64,000 nt of DNA, from positions 256,768-320,767 of the IMG/VR virus record IMGVR_UViG_3300046092_000062. One strand, 5' to 3'. The notes below the pieces were generated by a model. It was not told the DNA's origin and did no database searches. It saw nothing but the letters and a program-made list of their open reading frames with translations. Shown piece by piece: positions 45,898 to 55,169 of this stretch. Both the position numbers and the translations under genes were made by a program. Numbering within the stretch: the first letter of the stretch is position 1; every line of letters begins with the position of its first letter.

Positions 45898-46097
45898 TCT
45901 CTTCCCCAAATAATTTTGTTCCAGACACGTTCGTGTATAAAATATAACACGGTGTTAATTACTAATTGTGTTGATGCTATTGCTCCGGCTATTTGAAGGT
46001 TGCCGAGTACCAAATACGATATCAATAAAGTTGATGCCGTACCGGTTACTCTCCAACTAATAGTCTTAGCAATGCTTCTACCAGTCGCTTCAGTCAT
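45894..46097 (-). CDS. DUF2061-like small membrane protein
   Basis: RSIAKTISWR...LYFIHERVW. Confidence 0.75.
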   Translation of the reverse strand: MTEATGRSIAKTISWRVTGTASTLLISYLVLGNLQIAGAIASTQLVINTVLYFIHERVWNKIIWGRE

Positions 46098-47581
46098 GAA
46101 CAGACCTTTACGCCATACAACTGTTCGAATCTATCTGCATCTGCACGATCGTTTACCATTGGTTCCCCACGTATGTTAAGACTTGTGTTTAACAACATAG
46201 GGCACCCTGTCATCACGTACCATTTTTCGAGCAGCTCTCTAATGCCGCTTCCATCTTTTGGCACTGTCTGTACACGACTAGTTCCGTCAGCGTGAACGAT
46301 AGCAGGAAATAGGTCAGGAACCCTACACCTAGCGACTGACTGCATATACCTACTATGCTCGAACCCACGAGGCATATCAAAGTAAGTATCAGCCAGTTCT
46401 TCCAAAATAACTGGCGCAAAGGGTCTGAATTGTTGTCTACGTTTGATGTCATTTACTTTCTCCTTAATCTCGCTGCCTCTAGGATCTGCAAGCAGGCTTC
46501 TGTTTCCAAGTGCTCTTGGACCGAACTCGGCTCTCCCGGAAGCCACTCCCACAATTTGCCGAGTAAGTAACTCGTCCAGAACGTCGTTAACAGGGTAAGG
46601 GCCAGGAATATTATGCCCGAGATAAGCGTCATGCCAGTTAAGGGCACCCCCATAAGCCAGAGCGGCAGCACCAAGGCTACTGCCAGCATCCCCAGGGTTA
46701 GGCATAATCCATATATTCTCAAAGTAGTTTCCTATACGTGCATTTGCTGCACAGTTTAAAGCGCATCCGCCCATGTATACAAGGTTGTCACTCCACTTAA
46801 ATTGCTTTGCGCGAAGCATGACGTTGAGAATCAAATCCTCAGCCAGGTCCTGTGCTGCGGCCGCAATATCCATGTCACTAAAGTTAGACAGGTACTTTGT
46901 ACTCATGCCCATGTGCAAGTTTTCTTTAAACTTGATTTCCCATTCGTCGGATACCAAGTCTAGCTTCATTATGTCTTTAGCATATCCGCCACCATAAGCA
47001 GCCATGCCCATTAGAATGTATTCTTCGTCTAGTGGGCGTAGGCCAACGAGCTTAGTAGCTCCAGTATAAAAGAGTCCGATTGAATGTGGGTAATTCTGTT
47101 GCCAAAGTCGCTTATAAGTTGCTTTACCGTTGCTATCATATTCTGCTCCCCAAATTGAGATAGTTTCAAATTCACCAATGGCGTCAATAACAACTACTGT
47201 GGCCTTGTTGAAACTGCTGGTCTGAAATCCCGCTGCTGCATGGCTCAGATGATGATTGTAGTTCTTATAGTACTTTAGATCCCACCACTTGGCATGCCCA
47301 ATCTGCTTATGCACAAGTTTCTTAACGCTGAGCTTATCCCACTCGAATCCTTGTCCTGCATAAGCCTGACGCAACTGCTTATATAGAGGACGTTCGTAAT
47401 AAGCCACGGTCTGGATGGGATTGTATTCCTCGAGCTTACGAATAAGTGGACTACAGAAATTAGCATCTGACTTTGACTTACTATATCTTTCGGAATGACT
47501 GGCGAAAAGGATGTTCCCATCTTCGTCTAATACTGTTGCGGCTGCGTCATGATAACCAGCCGAGATGCCTAATATGTTCAT
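46094..47581 (-). CDS. NodU/CmcH-family carbamoyltransferase
   Basis: YHDAAA, SERYSK, HHLSHAA, DAIGE, GGCALN, GDAG, EFGPRALGNRS, FRPFAP, HADGTSRVQT, LNTSLN. Confidence 0.95.
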   Translation of the reverse strand: MNILGISAGYHDAAATVLDEDGNILFASHSERYSKSKSDANFCSPLIRKLEEYNPIQTVAYYERPLYKQLRQAYAGQGFEWDKLSVKKLVHKQIGHAKWWDLKYYKNYNHHLSHAAAGFQTSSFNKATVVVIDAIGEFETISIWGAEYDSNGKATYKRLWQQNYPHSIGLFYTGATKLVGLRPLDEEYILMGMAAYGGGYAKDIMKLDLVSDEWEIKFKENLHMGMSTKYLSNFSDMDIAAAAQDLAEDLILNVMLRAKQFKWSDNLVYMGGCALNCAANARIGNYFENIWIMPNPGDAGSSLGAAALAYGGALNWHDAYLGHNIPGPYPVNDVLDELLTRQIVGVASGRAEFGPRALGNRSLLADPRGSEIKEKVNDIKRRQQFRPFAPVILEELADTYFDMPRGFEHSRYMQSVARCRVPDLFPAIVHADGTSRVQTVPKDGSGIRELLEKWYVMTGCPMLLNTSLNIRGEPMVNDRADADRFEQLYGVKVCS

Positions 47582-48092
47582 TTATTTTATCTGCTATTCT
47601 TTGATGACCTAGCTCCAGCGGATGCCCGCCAGGTCCTTTAGGGCAATCGCCCATCCACTCTACCATACTGCCCGGTATCCAATTGCCTACATTGCAATTA
47701 GGAACATCAAACGTTCTTACGAATACATAAGGTATATTGCGATCACGCAAGTACGCATCTAACATTAACACTTGCGTAAAAAACTTTGTCTTGGCCCATT
47801 CTTCGTCCCAATCTAAAAATACATGATCGCAAATTGATCCATACTTTCTATGACTACTTGGAGTAAGGTGTTGTCCGTTTACTTCTATCCTATTAGGAGT
47901 AGTCCATGCAATAATTGCATAGGTTGGGTAATGATTCTCCACTGCGACTACAGTAGACTTAATGATTGCATCATTACTGTAGCCTGGCTGAGCTCTATTC
48001 ATAACAGGGCAGTCTAATAACTCTGGCCACGGTTTTTGGCCGTTTGTTAGTTCTTCCCCGTATGTAAAGCTGTCGCCGTTAACAAACATCAT
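47547..48092 (-). CDS. SGNH/GDSL-like hydrolase
   Basis: FVNGDSFTYG, GYSNDAI, GHPLELGH. Confidence 0.75.
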   Translation of the reverse strand: MMFVNGDSFTYGEELTNGQKPWPELLDCPVMNRAQPGYSNDAIIKSTVVAVENHYPTYAIIAWTTPNRIEVNGQHLTPSSHRKYGSICDHVFLDWDEEWAKTKFFTQVLMLDAYLRDRNIPYVFVRTFDVPNCNVGNWIPGSMVEWMGDCPKGPGGHPLELGHQRIADKINEHIRHLGWLS

Positions 48093-48190
48093 TTGTATAT
48101 AAATGGATCGCGCTTACGCAATTCCTTGAGTTTCTTGCGGTAACGAATTTCCAGACGGATTCTGTTGTACAGACTTTTTAACCAGTTCAT
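48089..48190 (-). CDS. 33-aa basic peptide (not in ORF track)
   Basis: MNWLKSLYNRIRLEIRYRKKLKELRKRDPFIYK; TGA overlaps next ATG. Confidence 0.55.
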   Translation of the reverse strand: MNWLKSLYNRIRLEIRYRKKLKELRKRDPFIYK

Positions 48191-48938
48191 TGAATTGTTC
48201 TTTCATTAATAGGGCTGCGTCACTGTGCGCTTGCTCTAGCGGATGTGTGGTACCTATAGGGTATTTATTTTCCTTTGCCCACTGATAGAAACCTCTTGGG
48301 TTGCATGTTTCATTGAACTTAGTTCCTGCAGGAAACCAATACCATTTCAACAAATCAATTTGGTTTACAAGACTCATAATAGTAGGATCGTTTTGGCTAA
48401 CGGTGTAGTTATAGATCAAGCTATTGTCTGCACAAGTAAACATGTAGGGAATGCCTTTTACTTGAAGGTAATTTTGAAGGTACACAATTTCTTTAAGACT
48501 TGAATACACTTCCCAATATTCCGTAGAACCCACGTGTGCGTAGAACGTTCTTGCAAAATCTGCAACACCAGTCGTCTGCGCTCTGCCGATGGTCTCCAGC
48601 TGGGCATCCAGAATAGCCTTATCCTTAGTAACGAATTCTTTTTCAATTTCTCTTGCATCTTGTTTTATCGTCCACGAGTTAATGCTGTACCATGGACTTT
48701 TGCGCTGCTTTGTATCGTATGCAAATCTAAACTCGTAACGACCGGAAAATGTCCAGCTAACGATTACACCAGTTACCCCGCCTTGCTCGCAACGTTCAAT
48801 GGTGGTGCGGGCAATAGCATCGTTGCTATATCCCGGCCATGCAACGCACTCGTCTGCGCCTAACAATGCTGTAAAGGTATTGGCTGGGCTTGCTAGCTCA
48901 CTGCCATAAACAAAACTATCGCCTGCTGCTATAATCAT
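48114..48938 (-). CDS. SGNH/GDSL-like hydrolase
   Basis: AAGDSFVYG, GYSNDAI, THPLEQAH. Confidence 0.75.
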   Translation of the reverse strand: MIIAAGDSFVYGSELASPANTFTALLGADECVAWPGYSNDAIARTTIERCEQGGVTGVIVSWTFSGRYEFRFAYDTKQRKSPWYSINSWTIKQDAREIEKEFVTKDKAILDAQLETIGRAQTTGVADFARTFYAHVGSTEYWEVYSSLKEIVYLQNYLQVKGIPYMFTCADNSLIYNYTVSQNDPTIMSLVNQIDLLKWYWFPAGTKFNETCNPRGFYQWAKENKYPIGTTHPLEQAHSDAALLMKEQFNELVKKSVQQNPSGNSLPQETQGIA

Positions 48939-50019
48939 ATCCAGGCTTTAAACGGTCGATTTGTTGTTGGTAGTAGTCCGGGTCTGTCCAAGTGTAGGGA
49001 TATAGGGAGCGTAGTACATTCCCTTGCCCGTCATCTGTAGTGATCCCCTGTATGTCAAGGTATTTAGAGAGGATGGGCCATATGCTGGCGTAATCAGTTG
49101 TGCCAAAACTTTCTTGCAACGAAACTTGGCCCACTGGGTGGTATCCATAGTTATATTGCGTGTCATGTAAGTCGAATCCGTTGCGGACAAGCCAATCCCT
49201 AAATCCTGTAAGCTCTCGGGTGTGCCAAGGATGCGGACCATTAAAGCATACATCTTGTGCCCATTCGATGTCAAACTCCCCGCTATAGTAACGTAGGTGA
49301 GTAATAGCATCACAAGTGGCCTGGTCAATATCGACTCCCGCCTCATCTCTATAGACTTCAAACAGTGTTTTGCCAATTTGTGTCCAATGTAGGTATACTT
49401 CCCCGAAGCGTCTGTCATATCGAGATTCGTCAAATGTAGTTCTATGTACTGATGGGAATTCATGGCGTGGGCAATTTAAGAATGTTGTAATTTGACTAGG
49501 ACGAATCCACTCAGGCTGTGTTGCTTTCTTGCGCTGACTTAACATTAAACTTTCTGCTTCGTGGCACAGCAAGTTTAGTTGACGGATAGCAAACTTTGTG
49601 GTGTAGTCTGCCCGCTTGTAATATTCACTAAGTCCGTTAACAGTGCCTTGCAGTATCTCAAAATGATTGTGCAACTTGTTCATCAAGTCTTGGTTGGGAT
49701 CGAGTGTAATTGGATCACGTAATGTGGTATGAGTATACAGTTCTTCGATATGATAGTCGTCAAAGAAACTGTTAATCTCATTTACTGCCCAAAACAGTTC
49801 TTGGCAAATAAAACGCAAGTCACGTTGGCTATCCGGAAATCCCAAAAAGCAAAAGTTCTTTTCAAGATAGAGATTACGCTGCACTACATCCTGCAATGCT
49901 TCGAACCACAGTTTACCCATTGACGTATCATTCACGTTAATGTAGTAATCTAACGTGTCACTTTTGTCTAACGGGTTTTGTAGTGTTACTGTTACTTTGT
50001 TCAAATTGAATCCCACCAT
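48916..50019 (-). CDS. hypothetical protein in radical SAM cluster
   Basis: 367 aa; His-containing helices LNKLHNHFE, LNLLCHEAE. Confidence 0.75.
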   Translation of the reverse strand: MVGFNLNKVTVTLQNPLDKSDTLDYYINVNDTSMGKLWFEALQDVVQRNLYLEKNFCFLGFPDSQRDLRFICQELFWAVNEINSFFDDYHIEELYTHTTLRDPITLDPNQDLMNKLHNHFEILQGTVNGLSEYYKRADYTTKFAIRQLNLLCHEAESLMLSQRKKATQPEWIRPSQITTFLNCPRHEFPSVHRTTFDESRYDRRFGEVYLHWTQIGKTLFEVYRDEAGVDIDQATCDAITHLRYYSGEFDIEWAQDVCFNGPHPWHTRELTGFRDWLVRNGFDLHDTQYNYGYHPVGQVSLQESFGTTDYASIWPILSKYLDIQGITTDDGQGNVLRSLYPYTWTDPDYYQQQIDRLKPGYDYSSRR

Positions 50020-51296
50020 TCTAACACCGCAGGTCTGCCTGCAAGTATATCTCTCATAGTATACTGGTCATTGCGAATTTGTTCAAGTTTTTCGATACGA
50101 GCTTTGCCACGCTTTAGTCCATCTTGATATTCGTTGGGCCATTGTTCAGCAAATGTGGGTCTAGTTTTCAGCTGGACTAAGATATCCTTTAACGGATCGT
50201 TACTGATTAAGTTAAGTTGTTCGTCTATCCATTCATCAAGCAGATGTCTAGGTAGGGCTAAAGGTGACATAACTATGTCCGGACTGAAACTAAAAATTAC
50301 TTTGGCAAGGATGTCGACGTTGAGTTCTTGGGACAGTCGTTGCATGGATTCGAGCTCGAACATACCTGGCAAAGTGAGTGTAAAGTCGATTCGCATTTGG
50401 CGACGGTGACGTTGGATCGCAATTCCTGCACGGAAGTTTTCAAGCCATCTAGTGTAATCAAGGCCTGTTCTAATGTATTCGCCAATTTTTCCCGTGCCGT
50501 CAAGACTTGCACATATTTGCCAATCCCGTATATTAGCAAGGATATCAGTATAGAGGTTAACACCCCGATAAGTAGTTCGAGAAAGATTTGTATTATATCG
50601 TGCATAGACATTTTGGCCATCTCCTAGTTCTATGATGCGTTGCATATAGCGCCAGTGTTGTTCATACATGAGTGGTTCTCCGCCAACCCAGTACACTTCT
50701 TCAACACGGTGTTCTTCGACGGCTTGACTAAACTCTGCCTCAATTTCTCTATCTTGAAATTGCTCAATTTGTTTTTTGACTTCAGGTTGCATCCAAGTAT
50801 TCTTTGGATTGGACCAATCTATCATGTTATGCTGTCTTTGCTCTGTCTCCCAACTACTACTTAACATGTCACCACACATACGGCACTTGAAATTACATAG
50901 ATTGGTAAATCTGTAATCCCAACTAACAGGTTTCATTGTAGTGTAGCCTGTTTCGTCCGTTGCATTTATTACAACATTGTAATCGTACTTATGTCCAAAC
51001 ATGTGATCAAAATAGCTGCGGTAAACGGAGGTATTCAACAGTTTATCATTACATACTTCACACTCTGGTAGGGTTTCCCCAGCAATCATGCGACGACGGA
51101 CCGACCGCATGTGCTCGCTATTCCAGTGTTCTTCCAGAGTTATCGGTATATAACGTCCTGTACCCGCCGAAACGTCGATATACTGTTGAAAATTTTGTGC
51201 AGGTTCGCGACTAGCGCAACACATTCTGCGTTCTGTTTGTGGGCTTAGATACGTATGCACCCAAGGTGCAAGGCACATAGTAGCAGGTTTATTCAT
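50001..51296 (-). CDS. radical SAM protein with N-terminal SPASM/twitch-like Cys domain
   Basis: CLAPW..MCC..CEVC; CNFKCRMC; GGEPL; YNTN; SLDG. Confidence 0.9.
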   Translation of the reverse strand: MNKPATMCLAPWVHTYLSPQTERRMCCASREPAQNFQQYIDVSAGTGRYIPITLEEHWNSEHMRSVRRRMIAGETLPECEVCNDKLLNTSVYRSYFDHMFGHKYDYNVVINATDETGYTTMKPVSWDYRFTNLCNFKCRMCGDMLSSSWETEQRQHNMIDWSNPKNTWMQPEVKKQIEQFQDREIEAEFSQAVEEHRVEEVYWVGGEPLMYEQHWRYMQRIIELGDGQNVYARYNTNLSRTTYRGVNLYTDILANIRDWQICASLDGTGKIGEYIRTGLDYTRWLENFRAGIAIQRHRRQMRIDFTLTLPGMFELESMQRLSQELNVDILAKVIFSFSPDIVMSPLALPRHLLDEWIDEQLNLISNDPLKDILVQLKTRPTFAEQWPNEYQDGLKRGKARIEKLEQIRNDQYTMRDILAGRPAVLEWWDSI

Positions 51297-52497
51297 ACCC
51301 CATTGCCTTTGCGATTTCTAAGTGAGTTGTTCTAAAGTCTTGCTTGCGGTAGTCATCTGTGCGCTGCATTTGACGCAGGAATTCTGCACCATCGCTACCT
51401 TGTCCGTTTTGTATAAACTTAACTACGTTGTCGACTTCTTGCTGATAACGACCCGGCCATGCAGTTGATTGCAGTTTAGCAATAACCAGCTCTTGTGCTG
51501 CGGGCGTCATGTATTGTACGCTCATCTGGTTAGGGCTATGTAGCATGTTGAAGTGGATGCTGTTAAACATCTTAGGTGCTGCCCAAGCTAGCAATTCATC
51601 AATGTAATAAACGTTTTGAATGTTGATTGTAAAGCATAGCTGAGTTGTAATATTCTTCTGCACTCGACGCAATTGATGTGCTGCATCAACTACTTCATTT
51701 GCTCTATCCCACTTAGCACCGTAGCGCTCATACTCAAAACGATCGCCTACGTTATCGACGCTAAATGCAATATCTACACGACCAAACTCTTTCCAAAGAT
51801 CCACTGCATCCTCAGGCCATTGGGTAGCATTTGTATTGTAGTGAATATCGATACCTTTTGCAAAACCGTTGTCTGCTGCATAACGCAATAGATCAAAGTG
51901 CTCTTGAATTAACCACGGCTCCCCACCAGTAAACTCAAAGTATTTGATATTGGGTAGCATCTCTCTGAGGTTGTCCCAGAACGTTGTGGTCTTACGTGGC
52001 CATGCGCCCTTCTTTAACCACTGGTATGCAATGTGTTGTTTCTTATCTGCACCTGCAGGCATGTAGTTCATTTCTTCTTCTGCCCACTTGCTGCTACTCC
52101 AGCTTCCGCAAATGCGACATTTTAAGTTACAAATGTTGCCTAGCTTTAAGTCAATGAACCACAGCTGATCCGGAGTATCATTGGCCCAGTCTACAAGCGG
52201 GTACAATTCCTTTAGTCGAATCTGGCTGTTGATACGCTTGCTGTTGCGACCAATTTCTTCTTCTTTCCAACAGTCACTACATGTCGCAGGCTTTTCACCT
52301 GCACGGAATTGTCTACGCAGGTTCTGCATGTATTCGCTCTTGTACACTGTTGCCAAGTCGGTTTCGTTAAGATCGTACTTGACACCGTTTTCGTCTGTGA
52401 TTTGCTCTTGTGCAAGACAACATGGGCGTGTGGTTCCCATTGGGCTAGTTTCAATACTAACCCACGGTAGCATACAAATAGTCTTAGGTAGGTGCAT
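51289..52497 (-). CDS. radical SAM protein with N-terminal SPASM/twitch-like Cys domain
   Basis: CMLPW..PCC..CSDC; CNLKCRIC; GGEP; YNTN. Confidence 0.9.
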   Translation of the reverse strand: MHLPKTICMLPWVSIETSPMGTTRPCCLAQEQITDENGVKYDLNETDLATVYKSEYMQNLRRQFRAGEKPATCSDCWKEEEIGRNSKRINSQIRLKELYPLVDWANDTPDQLWFIDLKLGNICNLKCRICGSWSSSKWAEEEMNYMPAGADKKQHIAYQWLKKGAWPRKTTTFWDNLREMLPNIKYFEFTGGEPWLIQEHFDLLRYAADNGFAKGIDIHYNTNATQWPEDAVDLWKEFGRVDIAFSVDNVGDRFEYERYGAKWDRANEVVDAAHQLRRVQKNITTQLCFTINIQNVYYIDELLAWAAPKMFNSIHFNMLHSPNQMSVQYMTPAAQELVIAKLQSTAWPGRYQQEVDNVVKFIQNGQGSDGAEFLRQMQRTDDYRKQDFRTTHLEIAKAMGYE

Positions 52498-53800
52498 ATT
52501 GTTTCAGCTCGTGTAATTCAGGAAACACATCAAAGAAGTTTTCTTTGCGTACATTGTCAATTAAATCATTGTTCTTAAAGAACTCTGGTAACTGGTCAGT
52601 GCTGTCATTTGCCATCATGAAGTTGATAATGCCTTCGTAACCGCTAGTGGCTCTACTTAGTTTGTCTTGTGGGCGTAGCCAATCTAAATGGCGCTCAATT
52701 TTTGCTTTAGCCCTATCTTTAAGCACCTGCGGTAACACGTCAACACGATACCGGTGCGGATGCTGTAGGATGTTAATGTTCCAATCCATTGGGCGCACTA
52801 AACCTAGCTCGCTCCAGTCACGGTGAAAGTCTGCGATATGCAAAACGTTCATCATGCTTACTGTGCTGCTAACATAGAAGTCTACGTTAGGACATACCTC
52901 AATCATACGCTTACGGTTGTCAACTGTTTGTTGCCAATCTTGTCCCTTACGTATGTACTCGCCACGTTCAAAGCTGCCATCTAAACTAGCGCCAACGCTC
53001 ACACAGTCAAACAGTTTCCACATTTCAAATACGTCACGACCTTTAAACTTCATTTCGCTAAAGTTAGTGTTATAGATCAGTCGTACATGGAACATCTTGC
53101 GCTTAACCAGTTCGTCAAGCACCTTCCAATGTTCTTCCATAATAAGTGGTTCACCGCCTGCCCAGTAGATTTGTTCAAGGTGCGGAATATGCTCTTGCAT
53201 CTGCTCCCACATATCGCCTTTGTCTTTACCAGCATACATCACTTGTGGGTGTTTTGGATCCCATCCAGCTGCTTTTTCATCTCTATACCAACTACTTGAA
53301 AAGATGCTACCGCAGGTACGGCAGCTAAAGTTGCAAAGGTTGCTAAAGCGAATATCGTAGTAGCGCAATTTAAAGTCATCATATTGTCCATCCTCTTTTG
53401 TATCATCAACTAATCCAATGTGGTGCCCAAAGTTCTTGTTAGCACTTTCACGCATACTAAACAGTTTACTATCTTCTTGCTCATAGCACTTGGTGCATTC
53501 CTTGCAAGGTTGATTTAGTAACATACGTTTACGCATGTCCTTCATCGGAGCATCGTTCCAAATCTCACGCATGGTTTGCGTTTTAAGATTACCAATTGGG
53601 TGCTCTGGCTCGCTTAGGCAGCAAGGATATGCACGACCATCGGGGAAGGCGTGCATGTGAATCCAAGGAATCATACAGAACTGATCGCTCTTGATTAGTC
53701 GATCAAGTTGATCTGTTCGTAGGTCTTCTTCTTTGATATAAACTGGCTTACGGGCGCCGTAGTTGTAATCTTTATAGTAGTCGTTTAGGTTATCTGCCAT
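52484..53800 (-). CDS. radical SAM protein with N-terminal SPASM/twitch-like Cys domain
   Basis: CMIPW..PCC..IGNL..CTKC; CNFSCRTC; GGEPL. Confidence 0.9.
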   Translation of the reverse strand: MADNLNDYYKDYNYGARKPVYIKEEDLRTDQLDRLIKSDQFCMIPWIHMHAFPDGRAYPCCLSEPEHPIGNLKTQTMREIWNDAPMKDMRKRMLLNQPCKECTKCYEQEDSKLFSMRESANKNFGHHIGLVDDTKEDGQYDDFKLRYYDIRFSNLCNFSCRTCGSIFSSSWYRDEKAAGWDPKHPQVMYAGKDKGDMWEQMQEHIPHLEQIYWAGGEPLIMEEHWKVLDELVKRKMFHVRLIYNTNFSEMKFKGRDVFEMWKLFDCVSVGASLDGSFERGEYIRKGQDWQQTVDNRKRMIEVCPNVDFYVSSTVSMMNVLHIADFHRDWSELGLVRPMDWNINILQHPHRYRVDVLPQVLKDRAKAKIERHLDWLRPQDKLSRATSGYEGIINFMMANDSTDQLPEFFKNNDLIDNVRKENFFDVFPELHELKQYAPT

Positions 53801-53834
53801 TATAGTGAATTATAGTGAATTATAGTTGATTATA
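53801..53834. repeat. 10-bp tandem repeat at gene junction
   Basis: TATAGTGAAT x2 + TATAGTTGAT + TATA. Confidence 0.7.
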
Positions 53835-55169
53835 CCAAGCTGCTAGCTCTGGGAATGTGTTGCAGAAGTCTTTGCCCCTGCGTTGATCGTACTGTGCAAA
53901 GAAGTTTTTAAAGTCCTGTTGTAACACTGATTGCTCTGCTGCGCCTGCATGTGGAGTTATCATCACATCAAGGTAATCAATTAGTCGTTTCAATTGATCA
54001 ATTTCAAATCCATGGCACACGTTGCTATCTTTGTGTGCTTGATAGAAGTTGCTGAGATTTGTTCTGTATTGGGTGCGTAGTTCGTCGGGTAATACCAACG
54101 GGCTTTGAAAACTTGGGAATCGTAAAATATTTAGCGAAAAGTTAATCGAGTCTTTACCATACTTACGCTTCCATGCCACTACCATCTCAAGGAAGCGGTC
54201 TAAGCTGCTAAGACATAGTGCGTTGACAGTACACATCACATGCAAACCACGGAACTTGCCGCTATCTAACAAACGCTCTACGTTGTTAGTCCAGTCCTCA
54301 AAGTTAATACCATCACGGATGTACTCAGACTGCAAGCCAATGGATTCGTTGCTGGTATACAAGTCAACTTCAACGCCATCAATGGCGCCAAGCAAGCGAT
54401 CGATATCTACTTCCGTGCCTAAGTTACTGTTAATAGCAAGGCGTGTCTTGCTCTTGCCTTTGTTGGTCTTAAACCATTCAATCAGCTTCCACGTTTCGCC
54501 CGACATCAATGGCTCTCCGCCGGTGATGCGTAGTTCCTTTAGTGTTCTGTGGAGATCGCTTTCCCACCACTTGTGAAAGGCGTCCACATAAGGATTAGCT
54601 TGACCGAAGCGATACAGTTGAGAGCTATCATGAGCATGAGTAAAGTGATTTCGTCCGTCACTAACCAATCCGTTATAGGCCCCGTTATTCCTAATGTCTT
54701 TAACCCAAGTGCTGCTAAAAGCAGGATTGCAGTAACTACATGCAAACTGACAAGTGCGGTCGAAAGCAATTTCCAAAGTTTGCAAATCCACATCGGTGCT
54801 GGCTGGGGTACTAAAAGCATAATTTAAATCCTTATCGTCATATATAACTGTTTTGTAAACACGGTCAGACACAGAGTCTTTACCCATGTCTTCAATCTTC
54901 CAGCAGTATTCACAACCTGCAGGACGTTCTCCCTTTTGCATCTGCTCACGTTCCATTTTCTTTTTAGAAGTGTTGTGCAGTGCTTTGGGGTTTGATGATA
55001 GCTCACTCACATCAATTGCATGTGGCAACGGATGATGGCAGCTAGTGGTTTGACCACTACCTAACCAGATAGTGGCGTTGTACCATTTTGCTCCGCAGAA
55101 GCTTTCGCTCTTAATGTCAATCACTCTGCGTTTGTATTCTAGGTCTGTTTCGTTATTGATTCTGGGCAT
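53820..55169 (-). CDS. radical SAM protein with N-terminal SPASM/twitch-like Cys domain
   Basis: CGAKW..SCHHP..CEYCW; CQFACSYC; TGGEPL. Confidence 0.9.
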   Translation of the reverse strand: MPRINNETDLEYKRRVIDIKSESFCGAKWYNATIWLGSGQTTSCHHPLPHAIDVSELSSNPKALHNTSKKKMEREQMQKGERPAGCEYCWKIEDMGKDSVSDRVYKTVIYDDKDLNYAFSTPASTDVDLQTLEIAFDRTCQFACSYCNPAFSSTWVKDIRNNGAYNGLVSDGRNHFTHAHDSSQLYRFGQANPYVDAFHKWWESDLHRTLKELRITGGEPLMSGETWKLIEWFKTNKGKSKTRLAINSNLGTEVDIDRLLGAIDGVEVDLYTSNESIGLQSEYIRDGINFEDWTNNVERLLDSGKFRGLHVMCTVNALCLSSLDRFLEMVVAWKRKYGKDSINFSLNILRFPSFQSPLVLPDELRTQYRTNLSNFYQAHKDSNVCHGFEIDQLKRLIDYLDVMITPHAGAAEQSVLQQDFKNFFAQYDQRRGKDFCNTFPELAAWYNQL

